Source: a virus
Taxonomy: Duplodnaviria > Caudoviricetes
Direction: 5' to 3' (one strand)
IMG/VR virus record: IMGVR_UViG_3300020021_000019
Location: 1 to 54,081 of that record
Length of the DNA stretch: 54,081 nucleotides
This document shows, one piece after another, positions 36,178-45,695 of the stretch. The notes under the pieces are model-generated. The model made no database searches. It had not been told where the DNA came from and saw only the letters and a list, made by a program, of their open reading frames with translations. The translations under genes and the position numbers were made by a program. How positions within the stretch are numbered: position 1 is the stretch's first letter; every line of letters starts with the position of its first letter.

Positions 36178-37788
36178 TTATGCCGCAACCGGCAGTTTCG
36201 GCGGCTGACCGCCGGCCGCTGCGAGGGCGGCCGCGGCCTTCTTGTTGGCCAGATCCTGCGCATCCGCCTCCTGCCGCTGCTTGGTCACCAGCAGTAGCGC
36301 CTCCTGCTCTGGGGCAAACTCCGGCGGCAGCTCCCCGGTCTTGAGGGCGTAGAGCAGGGCATCTGCCGGGAAGACACCTTCAGAGTAGGCGGTCACCAGC
36401 ACCGCCAGATAGGCTGGGTCGATGCCCTTGGCCTCGAAGTCCATGTTGATTTTTACACTGCCAGCCTCGATCCCGAGGAACTCGGCCGCGTACTGGAAGG
36501 CGAGCTCGAGGCAGTCCTGAGTAGCTCTCCCGACGGTCTTGACCGAGGCGTTCTGGGCCATGCTGTCGATCGATCGACCGGTGGCCGTCTCAGCAACCGC
36601 AGTGTTCGGATTGAGGAACGCAGCGCCGGCCTCGGCCATCGCCTTCTTCGTGTCCTCAAGGGTTTTCATCGAATCGGTAAGAACCTCGATTGGCGGAGAG
36701 AGCCAGTACACCGGCTGCGGAGCTATAGCCTGCCCGTCCTGAGGGTAGGGTACCTCAATAGTATTCCGCGGCCCCAAGGTGATCGGCGGGTAGTCGCCCT
36801 CATCGTCGGGTACAGCGCCGATTCGGACCAAAGTCGGAATCTCCGCCAGGCTCTCGAGGCTCAGGATGTTCGTCTGGACCTGGTGGTGCTGGATGTTGAG
36901 GTCGGCCAGGTCGAGCAGCGGCGGCGCCGTCTCCTGGTCGCTCTTCTTCCGGCCAGACCGGAGCGGGGACCACGGGATCCGTTTGATCACACGCATGGCC
37001 TTCTTAGCTTTAAACAACGTGGGCCTGGACTCGCCGGGCAGCAGCCGCCAGGACTGGTACTGCACGGTGCTCTTCTCCAGCGAATAAATGCGGTAGTACA
37101 CCACGGACTGCACCCCGAAGTCCCCAACCCGTTCCGTGGTAGTCTCCTGACGAATGAACAGGACCAGCGTCTTCTGGCCGTTGATCTTCTGATACAGCGG
37201 GAGGATCACTTCATCAGCCTTGACCAGGATGAAGTAGGGCCGAATCCCGAGCGCTTCCTCATCGTCCGAGCTCAGCTCGGCGCCGGGCTCCGCCGCGGCG
37301 GAGGCATTCGAGCGGTCAATCGTCGGGTCATCCGGATCGGGGCAGTCCACAAACAGGCCCGCGTGCCCATCGACAACCGAGTTCAGAATCAGGTCGCTGG
37401 TCAGCACCATGCCGTGGGTGCCGCCCGCATCGGCGTTCTCCCAGAGATCTTCCAGTTCCTGCGGCATGTCCTCGAGCTCGATCTCTTCCAGCAGAATCAT
37501 GCCGACTGTGGCCACCACGGTGCGGGCGAAGCCATTGTGCAGGGCCCCGATCATGACCCGGAACGCATAGGACTCGTCCGACTCGCCCTCGAGCTGCTTC
37601 AGGTAGATGTCCTCGCCGGCGCGGATCGCGTCCACACCCTCCATCAAGTCCCGGCAGCGCTGGTACTTCGCCTTCATGCGCAGGTAGGCCGGTGTGAGGA
37701 AGGCCGGGTTGTTGGTATCGACCGGAGGCGGTTCGGTGGTCGCTGCCGGAGTCGTAGTCGTCACGCCTGGCTGGAGGGCAGTGGCCAT
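36178..37788 (-). CDS. Portal protein (DUF4055-like)
   Basis: Follows TerL; PPLLDLADLNIQHHQ, AETAT motifs. Confidence 0.92.
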   Translation of the reverse strand: MATALQPGVTTTTPAATTEPPPVDTNNPAFLTPAYLRMKAKYQRCRDLMEGVDAIRAGEDIYLKQLEGESDESYAFRVMIGALHNGFARTVVATVGMILLEEIELEDMPQELEDLWENADAGGTHGMVLTSDLILNSVVDGHAGLFVDCPDPDDPTIDRSNASAAAEPGAELSSDDEEALGIRPYFILVKADEVILPLYQKINGQKTLVLFIRQETTTERVGDFGVQSVVYYRIYSLEKSTVQYQSWRLLPGESRPTLFKAKKAMRVIKRIPWSPLRSGRKKSDQETAPPLLDLADLNIQHHQVQTNILSLESLAEIPTLVRIGAVPDDEGDYPPITLGPRNTIEVPYPQDGQAIAPQPVYWLSPPIEVLTDSMKTLEDTKKAMAEAGAAFLNPNTAVAETATGRSIDSMAQNASVKTVGRATQDCLELAFQYAAEFLGIEAGSVKINMDFEAKGIDPAYLAVLVTAYSEGVFPADALLYALKTGELPPEFAPEQEALLLVTKQRQEADAQDLANKKAAAALAAAGGQPPKLPVAA

Positions 37789-37790
37789 GG

Positions 37791-39152
37791 TTACACCCTG
37801 AATTGAGAGGAGCCGTACTGGCCCTGTTGAACCACCGGGAACCGGTAGTCGATGTAGTAACCGATCGCGTCCGAGATGTGCGTCAGCTTCGGGTCCTTCT
37901 TCTTGTCGATCTCACCGGAGCCACCTTTGAGCAGCGCCACACCGTCCAGATCCTTGGCGAGGTGCGGCGCGAATTGGGCGTCGACCATCAACCGGATCGT
38001 GCCATCACCGGAAAGGGTGCGGCTGTTGACCGCGTTGACCCGGGCCCGCTCGGCAGGGTTGGCCGACTTCACATGGAAGGAGACCCGCTGGCCGAACCCC
38101 TGGAACTCGCCGGCGCCGTTCTTGAGCAGATCCTTGGCGATGTCCCAGTCGGAGCCCTGCACCTTTGCGGTCCCGCGGGCACCACCGGTGGAGTCGCCAT
38201 ACACCTCGACCCGACCCTCGTGTGCACCCCAGTCGAGCAGCAGCCGGCGGCAGACAGCGGGTGTGTTCGAGTTGTTGTCGATCCAGACCTCGCCGATCGC
38301 GGCGGTGCCGATCCCACCGACCGGCAGCATCAGCTCCTGGCAGACCGCGGCGACACCGGGCTCCACGTTGAAGTCGAGGCAGATGATCAGTGTGGCCCGG
38401 GGGTTGTAGAGCTTCCGGAGGGCGCCCTTGTTGCGATCGCCGAAGCAGTAGTAGGCCCGGCCGCTGAAGTTGACGAAGCTGGCCTCGTACTCCTGCTGAA
38501 AGGTCAGAAGGTCGAGATCTCGCTTGGCCTGAGCAATCTTCTCGGGTGGCAGGATGTCGGCACTGACCCAGTGGAAGTGCGCCCACTCCGCGGGATTGCT
38601 GAGCATCAAGGCCTTAGCCTGCTCGGCAACATCGTAGTAGTGGTTGCGACCCTCCGGCACGCCGATCATGTCACACCAGCCGTTGCGATCGGCCAGCGCC
38701 GGCTGGACATTCTCGCCCCAAGCCTCAGGCTTCATGTTCCCGTACTCGTCGAGGATCCCACCATCCCACGGTGAACCCTCCATCCGCTCCGGCTTGTCCA
38801 TCCCGATCACACAGAGCTCGCCCCCGTGCCAGAGCGGGATGACCAGTTCGGTCTCGCTCGGCCGGCCGCGCATGGCGTCTTTCGGGATCATCCGCTTCAG
38901 GTCTTTCCAGAAGATCCGCTTCGCTTGGTCTCGGGTCGGCGCCGCGGCGAAGAACCTGGGGTTGTCGTGCTTGGTGCCCCGCAGGGACCGCTTCGACACC
39001 CTTCGCTTGGCGATCTCGCTCTTGCCCGATCGGCGGCCAGCCGGTACGACCGTGACCAGCGCCTGACAGTCGAAATAGGCTCGCTGCTTCGCATGGTGCC
39101 GGAGCTGATCCCATCGAGGGTTGAGGAGCCGGGGCTGGGCAGCGGTGGTCAT
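37791..39152 (-). CDS. terL: Terminase large subunit
   Basis: AGRRSGKS Walker A, APT, ILDE Walker B, FQQEYEASF, LDFN, HISDA. Confidence 0.96.
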   Translation of the reverse strand: MTTAAQPRLLNPRWDQLRHHAKQRAYFDCQALVTVVPAGRRSGKSEIAKRRVSKRSLRGTKHDNPRFFAAAPTRDQAKRIFWKDLKRMIPKDAMRGRPSETELVIPLWHGGELCVIGMDKPERMEGSPWDGGILDEYGNMKPEAWGENVQPALADRNGWCDMIGVPEGRNHYYDVAEQAKALMLSNPAEWAHFHWVSADILPPEKIAQAKRDLDLLTFQQEYEASFVNFSGRAYYCFGDRNKGALRKLYNPRATLIICLDFNVEPGVAAVCQELMLPVGGIGTAAIGEVWIDNNSNTPAVCRRLLLDWGAHEGRVEVYGDSTGGARGTAKVQGSDWDIAKDLLKNGAGEFQGFGQRVSFHVKSANPAERARVNAVNSRTLSGDGTIRLMVDAQFAPHLAKDLDGVALLKGGSGEIDKKKDPKLTHISDAIGYYIDYRFPVVQQGQYGSSQFRV

Positions 39153-39871
39153 GCGGCCTTCGCCACGCTCTGATCCATGGCATCGAGCTCGGCCTGAATC
39201 AGCCGTGCCCGTTCCTCGGCATCTTCAGGCGCCTCGGTCTTCGGCTCCCCGATGCCGAGGTGCTTGGCCAGCAGCGACCAGGCAAACTCGCGGGACTCCA
39301 TCTTCATCTCGAAGCCGTCCTTCGTCTCCTTCACCCCAGAGTAGACCAGCTTTGCGCCGGGTGACAACCGGCGGCTGTCCTTGAGCACCACCCGGTGGAT
39401 GCCATCACCGAAGCACTCTGGGCAGGCTGGGTTGGGCGCCTTCTTGATCGTGTAGCCGACACCCCCCTGGCTATCGAAGTCCGGGGTCTTCTTCGTGGCC
39501 TTGGTGTCGTAGGCCTCTTTCACCCGATCGAGCTCCCGCGGCGTGAACTGGTACTTAAAGTCTTTGCCGTAGCAGTAGCGGCAGGGCACTAACTGATTCT
39601 CTACCAACTCGTTCCGGTCGGTGCGCACGATCGCAATCAGATCCCTGATCACCTCGTCAGCCGTGATTCCGGTGCGTTCGGAACGGGCGAGATTGGCGAC
39701 TTTGATCGCTTCTGCGACCCGAGCATTCCCCAGCAGCCTCGGCCCGTTGGTCTCCGCCACCTTGTCCGTGCAGTTGTACGCCTCCCTGTACGCCTTAGAC
39801 GCGTTCAGGTCAACGACATAGAGCTCGACAAAGCGAGCCTGTTTGGGAGGGAGCGGCTTCGTGTCAGTCAC
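39149..39871 (-). CDS. terS: Terminase small subunit with zinc-binding insertion
   Basis: KQARFVELYVVDLNASKAY..RLL..V; CRYC..CPEC insert. Confidence 0.92.
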   Translation of the reverse strand: MTDTKPLPPKQARFVELYVVDLNASKAYREAYNCTDKVAETNGPRLLGNARVAEAIKVANLARSERTGITADEVIRDLIAIVRTDRNELVENQLVPCRYCYGKDFKYQFTPRELDRVKEAYDTKATKKTPDFDSQGGVGYTIKKAPNPACPECFGDGIHRVVLKDSRRLSPGAKLVYSGVKETKDGFEMKMESREFAWSLLAKHLGIGEPKTEAPEDAEERARLIQAELDAMDQSVAKAA

Positions 39872-40146
39872 GCGGACTTCGGCAGGCGGTATTCGGTGAC
39901 CTCCGACGATCGGCCGCACTTGCCACACCGCACACCGCGGCCGCTCTTCGCGTCGGAGAGGGACGCGAGCGGCTTGGCCGTGGCGATCACGAGCGACGGA
40001 ATCACCATCAGATCACCCTGGCAGTGGGGACAGACAACCTTGGTCGATAGACGAGTGGCCCTCCCCGCTGTCGTTGCAGGGAGGGCCACCGGGGCGCACT
40101 TCTGGTTGTCTGCAGCCAATATCACCCTCCGGTCCGAGTCGGTCAA
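39868..40146 (-). CDS. Zinc-ribbon protein (Com-like or late regulator candidate)
   Basis: CPHC...CGKC; coupled to terS. Confidence 0.55.
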   Translation of the reverse strand: MTDSDRRVILAADNQKCAPVALPATTAGRATRLSTKVVCPHCQGDLMVIPSLVIATAKPLASLSDAKSGRGVRCGKCGRSSEVTEYRLPKSA

Positions 40147-40294
40147 CGGTGGGGCTCCGGTGGTGGCTCAAGAAAGTCGCCGCGGAAGAACCGCTCGACC
40201 CATTCCTTGACCGCGGGGTCGCTGGCCTGATGGTCGGCAATTTCGACCTCTCTGGTAATCACTACCTCGCACAGATCGCGAACCTCGGAGAGTT

Positions 40295-40477
40295 TCATCG
40301 CCCCCTCCCGACATAGAGCAGGAGATCCCCGCTCCGTTCGTAATTGTGCTTCTCGAAGCGGATCGGCCCACTGCTCGCGACCCGTTCGATCTGGACGGTC
40401 CGCCGCCCGTCGTCCCAGATCTGCTGGCCGTTGAGCGGGCCACCGAGGCAGTCGATCATGCGCGCGAGGTTAGCCAT
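40295..40477 (-). CDS. Hypothetical protein
   Basis: CLGGPLNGQ motif common in small phage proteins. Confidence 0.65.
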   Translation of the reverse strand: MANLARMIDCLGGPLNGQQIWDDGRRTVQIERVASSGPIRFEKHNYERSGDLLLYVGRGR

Positions 40478-40508
40478 CACGCCACCTGGGTGAGCGGGAG
40501 CTGGTCGG

Positions 40509-40925
40509 TCATGCCGCAGGCTCCGGTTCCCGCGCGTCGCCAGGTTCGTCCGGCGGCAGCGCAAAGCATTTCCCCTGGATCTGCCGGCGCATCTCCACGA
40601 ATTGGAGGAAGCCCGGCTTCACGGGTCCAGCCGCGATAGTCGCGATCGGCGCGCCTTTCAACGGCTCCCGCTTCGGTGGCTGCCGGCGTTGGTCATGGAT
40701 TGATTGCCGCAATTCAGCCAGAGTCGGGAAATGGTCGAGATCGTAGAGGCACCGATCCACGGCCCGGGCCAGTTCCGCCGTCGTGCAGAGAAATCGGAGC
40801 GCGTCCCAGTAGACATTCATCCGCTGCTCACTGGCCGGGTGCTCGAGGTTCCAGCCGTGGGCGGCGTGGAGGCGCTTGGCCTGCGCCACGAAGCCTTCCC
40901 AGTCCAACCGGTTGATGACGCTCAT
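40509..40925 (-). CDS. Replication-associated protein (helicase loader/inhibitor-like)
   Basis: YWDALR..AVDRC..HFPTLAELR; follows the initiator. Confidence 0.65.
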   Translation of the reverse strand: MSVINRLDWEGFVAQAKRLHAAHGWNLEHPASEQRMNVYWDALRFLCTTAELARAVDRCLYDLDHFPTLAELRQSIHDQRRQPPKREPLKGAPIATIAAGPVKPGFLQFVEMRRQIQGKCFALPPDEPGDAREPEPAA

Positions 40926-41698
40926 GCGGCGACCTCGCCTTTCGGTGGTGCGGCAGTCCAACTCGATCCATCCAACGCGGTCACTTTCGCCAGCACCCGC
41001 TCCGCCCGTCTGATGCAGCCGGCCAGAAACTCAGGGCTGAGACTCCGATCCTCGATCAGCGGGAAGTCCGCCAGCGCCTTACACAGCGAGGCCACCGAAC
41101 AGGGACGGCCTTCCGGCCGGTCAACACCCTCCAGCCACATCAGGAACCGGCGGGCCCAGGTATCCTGATCCGTGCTGGCCGGGAGTTTCTCGAACCATTC
41201 GACCACCGCATGGCGGTCCGGCTGTCCGAAAATCCGTCCGACCAACTCATCCACGGCAGCAGCAGGAACGTTCGTTCGTTCGTTCGTACCGTCCGTAGCC
41301 CCCACTTTCGCTTCACTTTTCCCCCACTTTTCCCCCATTTTTCCCTCAACAACTTCTGGGGGTTTTATGGGGGGTCGACTCCCTGACGGCTTCTTTTTGT
41401 CTTGCTCCCGGCGGGCCAGAAGTTTCTCCTGACGCCACCAGCCGCGGAGGTCGCCATCGGGGCACCATTCGCGCATGGCCTTGGCGAACTGGCCTTCCTT
41501 GCCGCGCCAGAGGGCCCACGATTCGAGCGCGATGTCGGGCACCTGATCGATCCGGCCATCCTGCCGGTGCTCCCCAAAGGCGCAGCACATCGCGTTGTAG
41601 TGGCCCAGCGCGTGGGCCTGCTGGATCTTGAGCCGGTCGGCCAGGAACAGCACGACTTCAGACCGTGGCGTCGCCACATCCCATCGTATCCAGGTCAT
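40922..41698 (-). CDS. Replication initiator-like protein
   Basis: MTWIRWD N-terminal wHTH-like region, low-complexity linker, helical C-terminal domain. Confidence 0.65.
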   Translation of the reverse strand: MTWIRWDVATPRSEVVLFLADRLKIQQAHALGHYNAMCCAFGEHRQDGRIDQVPDIALESWALWRGKEGQFAKAMREWCPDGDLRGWWRQEKLLARREQDKKKPSGSRPPIKPPEVVEGKMGEKWGKSEAKVGATDGTNERTNVPAAAVDELVGRIFGQPDRHAVVEWFEKLPASTDQDTWARRFLMWLEGVDRPEGRPCSVASLCKALADFPLIEDRSLSPEFLAGCIRRAERVLAKVTALDGSSWTAAPPKGEVAA

Positions 41699-43464
41699 CG
41701 CCGGGCCTCCAGGAAGAGCACGGGCTTAGCGACGACTCGGCCGGTGGACGGGTAGTCGATGAAGCCAAGGGTCCGGAGTCGGCTGACGGCGTTGGCAAAT
41801 CCCTTCGAGGCGAGATTGCCGTACCCGGCTGCCGCGGCGACCGTGGTCTTTTCCAGGGAGTCAGGGTAGGCCTCGATAATCGGACGGAGGATCTTCTCCG
41901 AGGCCCCGCCGAGGACCGCGAGCAACCGTGCCTGCAGCTCCTGGGTGGATCGTGGCGCCGCGACTGCGTTGGCGTTGTCGCGGCCATGATCGGTGAGCGC
42001 GACGACGCCTGGAGCGGGGTAGGTGATCGCGCCCGCAGTCTTCAATCCGCTGATGGCGTTCGCGAAGCCTTTGCTGGCGAGGTTGCTGTACCCGGCGAGT
42101 AGCGCCACCAGTTCCTTCTCTGGGTTCTCCGATCCCAGCGCCTCGAGCTCGGCCAAGGCATCGAGGATGCGCTGCTCGACGCCCGACACCCCCCCAAGGC
42201 TCGCCTTCCGGGCCATCGGAATGGCAGTCTTCCGGATTGCCGCCCTCGTTTGAGGCGGGACGCGGTGCGTCTCCCTCGAGAAGTTTCCTGCCAGAATCAC
42301 TGGTGGCTTCAGGAGGCGCGCGAACGCGCTCTCAAAGCGGCTTACCGACTCGGCGTTGTCCGCCACGAGCTGGCGGGCCACGGCGGTATTCGATTCGAGG
42401 TGCGCCGAGAGCTGCTCCACGGCCGCACGCTCCTCAGCCGTGAGCATCGGGACTTCCCGTATATCTGGCTTGACAGATAACGGGGCAGGGGAGGCCGCCG
42501 CCGCCTTCTGCCGAACATCCCGCTCGAGCTCAGCAATTCGCCGGCGCAGGGCCTTGGGATCGTCCTGCTCGGCTGTCTTGACGACCTCGGCCAGATCGGT
42601 GCGCAGCGCCTCGACGTCGACCTTAGCCAGCGTGGCGGCCTTTGCAGCTTTGCCGACCTCCGGGGTCGCTGAGGCGTCGAAGGTGGTCTTCTTGGCGAAG
42701 TGCACCCGCTGGAAGATCCGGAGCCAGGACGGCGACCAGACGTAGCCTTCGGCTTGGGCCAAGCCGGGGAGCTCACCGACCAGTTTGCGATCGGCGCCGG
42801 CCTCCTGGACCCACTCATCGAGCGCCTTCCGCTCGTGGGTGCCGTTGACCTGCAGGACGCAGAGGCACTCGACCTGCGAGAGCACCTCCTTGTTAACCGA
42901 TTGCGGCCGCTGGGTGACCAGCGTGGCGCCGACCCCGTAGTTCCGGCCCAGTCGGATGATGTTCTCGAACGCCCCCAGCATCCGCGCCTCGTCTGGGCCC
43001 GTCCGCTGCGGGATGAACTTCTGCGACTCTTCCACGACCAGGTGCACGGCCGACCGCTGGGTCTTCTTGAGGTGGAAGAATTCCTCGGCGAAGGCCGCGG
43101 CGAACCGCTTCCGCTCACCCTCTCGAAATGGCGAGAGGTCAAGCACGGCCGACACCCGCTTCTCGACCAGGAACCGGGCCACCTTGGCGCCCGACTCCGG
43201 AGTCAGCGGTACGTCGCCGTGCTCCCCACCGAGGACGAAGATGTCTTTGCCCTTGCCCTTCCCATCGGCCGCGACACGGAGGGACCACCAATTCCCGACC
43301 GGATCGATCACGATGACCTGGGCGCCGGCGTCCAGCATCTGCTCCGCGAGCAGCTGGGCCAGGTAGGTCTTGCCGGCGCCTTTGCGGCCGATCGCGGCCA
43401 AGGTCTGCGTGACCGCATCGAGCGGGAGCGACAGCTCGCGGGCCAGCTTGAGGGAGGTGGTCAT
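41695..43464 (-). CDS. HerA/FtsK-like (DUF87) ATPase with tandem C-terminal winged helices
   Basis: GRKGAGKT, VIDPVG, LVVEE, RLGRNYG, TQRP. Confidence 0.9.
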   Translation of the reverse strand: MTTSLKLARELSLPLDAVTQTLAAIGRKGAGKTYLAQLLAEQMLDAGAQVIVIDPVGNWWSLRVAADGKGKGKDIFVLGGEHGDVPLTPESGAKVARFLVEKRVSAVLDLSPFREGERKRFAAAFAEEFFHLKKTQRSAVHLVVEESQKFIPQRTGPDEARMLGAFENIIRLGRNYGVGATLVTQRPQSVNKEVLSQVECLCVLQVNGTHERKALDEWVQEAGADRKLVGELPGLAQAEGYVWSPSWLRIFQRVHFAKKTTFDASATPEVGKAAKAATLAKVDVEALRTDLAEVVKTAEQDDPKALRRRIAELERDVRQKAAAASPAPLSVKPDIREVPMLTAEERAAVEQLSAHLESNTAVARQLVADNAESVSRFESAFARLLKPPVILAGNFSRETHRVPPQTRAAIRKTAIPMARKASLGGVSGVEQRILDALAELEALGSENPEKELVALLAGYSNLASKGFANAISGLKTAGAITYPAPGVVALTDHGRDNANAVAAPRSTQELQARLLAVLGGASEKILRPIIEAYPDSLEKTTVAAAAGYGNLASKGFANAVSRLRTLGFIDYPSTGRVVAKPVLFLEARR

Positions 43465-43724
43465 ACCCGCCTCCAGGTGTAGCCATTGACGCTGGTGATC
43501 TGGTGGGCGAGGGATAGCCGCCGGCAGGCAGCATCCGCGGCATGACTCGACAGATCCGACCGTCGCGCGATCTCCATCACGCCGAACGTGCCGCTGGCCA
43601 GCACATCGAGCACCCGGCGCTCCTGCTCCTCCGGGCCCGGCGTGTGGTCGTGGCGGTCCGTGGTGCGCGGGACGTGGATGCGGGGGCCGTAGTTCGGCAA
43701 CCGGCGTTGGCTCGGGAGGGTCAT
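43461..43724 (-). CDS. Winged-helix protein
   Basis: VLDVLASG..EIARRSDL..CRRL..I..NGYTW. Confidence 0.65.
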   Translation of the reverse strand: MTLPSQRRLPNYGPRIHVPRTTDRHDHTPGPEEQERRVLDVLASGTFGVMEIARRSDLSSHAADAACRRLSLAHQITSVNGYTWRRV

Positions 43725-43772
43725 GCCAGCGTTCCCCGTGCAACAATCGGGGTGAATTGGGCCAAAGTGGAA

Positions 43773-44065
43773 TGTCTACGCCGTTTGTCTACGCCGGGGG
43801 CACAATTCGGCGCCTTTTCGGCTGACTTGGACCCTCCTTTATATCTGCGTACCGAGCCAGAAACAGGCGTGCTAGCGGAACCCCATGTCGGTGTGCCAGA
43901 TGGGGCAAAAGTGCTTTCCCCGCTTATGTCTGATAAGCGTGAGGTCCGAAGTTCAAATCTTCGCAGGCCCATTTCGTAACCCCTTGTGGTGTTAGGTAGT
44001 TGCAGTGATCCGGCGTAGACGCGACTGTGTGTCATTTGGGGCTGTCTACGCCGTTGTCTACGTCG
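43773..44065. promoter_or_regulatory. attP with arm-type repeats TGTCTACGCCG
   Basis: Copies at 43773-43783, 43786-43796, 44043-44053, 44055-44065 (1 mismatch) and an inverted copy at 44011-44020. Confidence 0.85.
43930..43971 (+). other. attP core: 3' half of tRNA-Ile(GAT)
   Basis: CTGATAA-GCGTG-AGGTC-CGAAG-TTCAAAT-CTTCG-CAGGCCC-A; 5' half absent; adjacent to the integrase. Confidence 0.9.
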
Positions 44066-45332
44066 GATCATGGTGCACCTCGGCCACTTCCCCTCGAATC
44101 CTCGCCCGGATCACCTTCGCTCCGTCCCTTGCCGTCTTGCTCTCCTGGTCCCGGTAGATGCGTTCCGGCACCTGCGTATCCGACCACCCGCCGATCTCTT
44201 TCAGCTCATCCCGGCTCGCGCCGCCTTCCACCGTTGCATCGACCGCCTGGCGCCGGATGCCGTAGGGGCCGCGGCCATCTGCGTGCTCGATCTGGCAGGC
44301 CACCTCGTTCAGTCGGTGCCACTTCCGCACGGCCGTCCCGGTCACCGGCTCGGCGTCCGCCTGCGCGGGCCTGGCCACCCCTTCACCCTTCCGTCCGCCT
44401 TTGAGTTGTCCCTGGGGGAAAAGCGGGTAATCGATGGCCAGCTTCTCGAGATCGCGGAGATAGCCATCGATCAGGCAGGCCTGCACGATGATGAGCTGTC
44501 CGGTCGTCAGGTGTACGACGGCGCCCCGCTTCTTCCCCCGGCCCCGCACCGTGAAGGTCCCGGCCTCGAGGTCAACGTCCGATCGGCGTTGTTTCCGCAC
44601 CTGGCCGAGTCGGAGCTCGGCCCCCAACGTGAGCAGCAGGCCGTACCGGGGCTCGATCTTCGGCGCGTTCCGAATCAGGGCCCGCATCTCCTCGAGCGTG
44701 TAGCGCGGCCGCTTGGGCTCTGGGGCTTCCAGCTCATCGCGCAGCTTCTTCTTCCACTGGGACTCCGGTAGACACTGGCCCTCCTCGATGTGCCCTTCAT
44801 CGCGGAGCCACTGCGCCACCGCCAGGAGCCGGCCGACCGTGATCTCGGCGCCCCGGACCCCGATGTGCCCCTCTTTCCGAAGTTCCCGGGCGCGCCGCCG
44901 TCCGAGCTCCCGGATGTCCGCTTTGCCGATCGTGGCGAACGTCCGTGCCGGGCCCCAGATCCGGGTGATGTCGGTCATCGCCCGGAGCACCTCCCGGCGA
45001 TGCGGCGTGTCCTTCGGGTAGCAGCCCCGATCCCGATCCTGCATCAGCACGGTCGCCTGGGCGATCGTGAGCGGAGCCGCGGCGCGACGCTCGACAGCCG
45101 GCAGGTTGCCGAGCAGCGCCTGGTGCTTGGCCTCCGCTTCTTTGATGGCCCACCGTTCCACCTCCTTCAGGATCCGACCGTTCGCCATCCGGAGCATTTT
45201 CTTGAGGGAGCGGTAGCGCCAGTTCTTCTGGTCGCGCCATATCAGGTAGAGCCGGTGGCCCCGCGTGGCGAGCTCCAGCACCGTCACCTTGTGCGGAATC
45301 TCCCCGACGCCATAGGACCACGGTTCGGTCAT
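44058..45332 (-). CDS. int: Tyrosine integrase
   Basis: ELRLGQ (R), GRGK (K), YGIRR, IGGW, RIY; next to attP and xis. Confidence 0.92.
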   Translation of the reverse strand: MTEPWSYGVGEIPHKVTVLELATRGHRLYLIWRDQKNWRYRSLKKMLRMANGRILKEVERWAIKEAEAKHQALLGNLPAVERRAAAPLTIAQATVLMQDRDRGCYPKDTPHRREVLRAMTDITRIWGPARTFATIGKADIRELGRRRARELRKEGHIGVRGAEITVGRLLAVAQWLRDEGHIEEGQCLPESQWKKKLRDELEAPEPKRPRYTLEEMRALIRNAPKIEPRYGLLLTLGAELRLGQVRKQRRSDVDLEAGTFTVRGRGKKRGAVVHLTTGQLIIVQACLIDGYLRDLEKLAIDYPLFPQGQLKGGRKGEGVARPAQADAEPVTGTAVRKWHRLNEVACQIEHADGRGPYGIRRQAVDATVEGGASRDELKEIGGWSDTQVPERIYRDQESKTARDGAKVIRARIRGEVAEVHHDPT

Positions 45333-45643
45333 GACGCCTTCTCCAGCCGGACGGCATTGGGGGCAATCCGGTAGCCCCGACCGGCGCGCTCGGCGGGCAG
45401 CTGCCCCTGGTGGATCCAGTTCCGTACCGTCTGCTCCGCAATCCCATGCGCCGCGGCGTACTGCTCGACTGAGACGGTGGCGCACTCCGCCTTGAGCATT
45501 GCGCAGCGGGTGTCCAGCTCCCCGGCGCACCAGTCCAGGGCATCGGCGACCGGATCGGACTTCGCCACCTTCCGCCGGCGCTCCGCCTCGGCCCGCCAGT
45601 CCCGGGACACGGACTGCACGGAGGCGAGGAGTTCGTAGATCAT
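45329..45643 (-). CDS. xis: Excisionase-like HTH protein
   Basis: VSVEQYAAAHGIAEQTVRNWIHQGQLPAERAGRGYRI. Confidence 0.8.
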   Translation of the reverse strand: MIYELLASVQSVSRDWRAEAERRRKVAKSDPVADALDWCAGELDTRCAMLKAECATVSVEQYAAAHGIAEQTVRNWIHQGQLPAERAGRGYRIAPNAVRLEKAS

Positions 45644-45695
45644 TTCACCTCTCCATTCTTCGGTTCCGCCGTCCGGCCGCCCGGCACGCACGCGC

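Noticed and set aside
13505-38774. Long plus-strand ORFs (e.g. 19030-20358, 19796-21181, 22218-23513, 26287-27828, 31699-32778)
   Set aside because: Antisense shadows of high-GC minus-strand genes, with no recognisable motifs
43930-43971. Functional tRNA-Ile gene
   Set aside because: Only the 3' half is present, with no 5' acceptor strand or D-arm. It is the attP core.
43721-44071. 116-aa minus-strand ORF across attP
   Set aside because: It overlies the tRNA fragment and arm repeats and has atypical composition, so it is probably spurious even though it abuts both neighbours
5831-45338. 13-bp match CGGTCATGACGCC at the SSB and integrase starts
   Set aside because: Copies are far apart and the match is explicable by ATGA overlap context in GC-rich DNA
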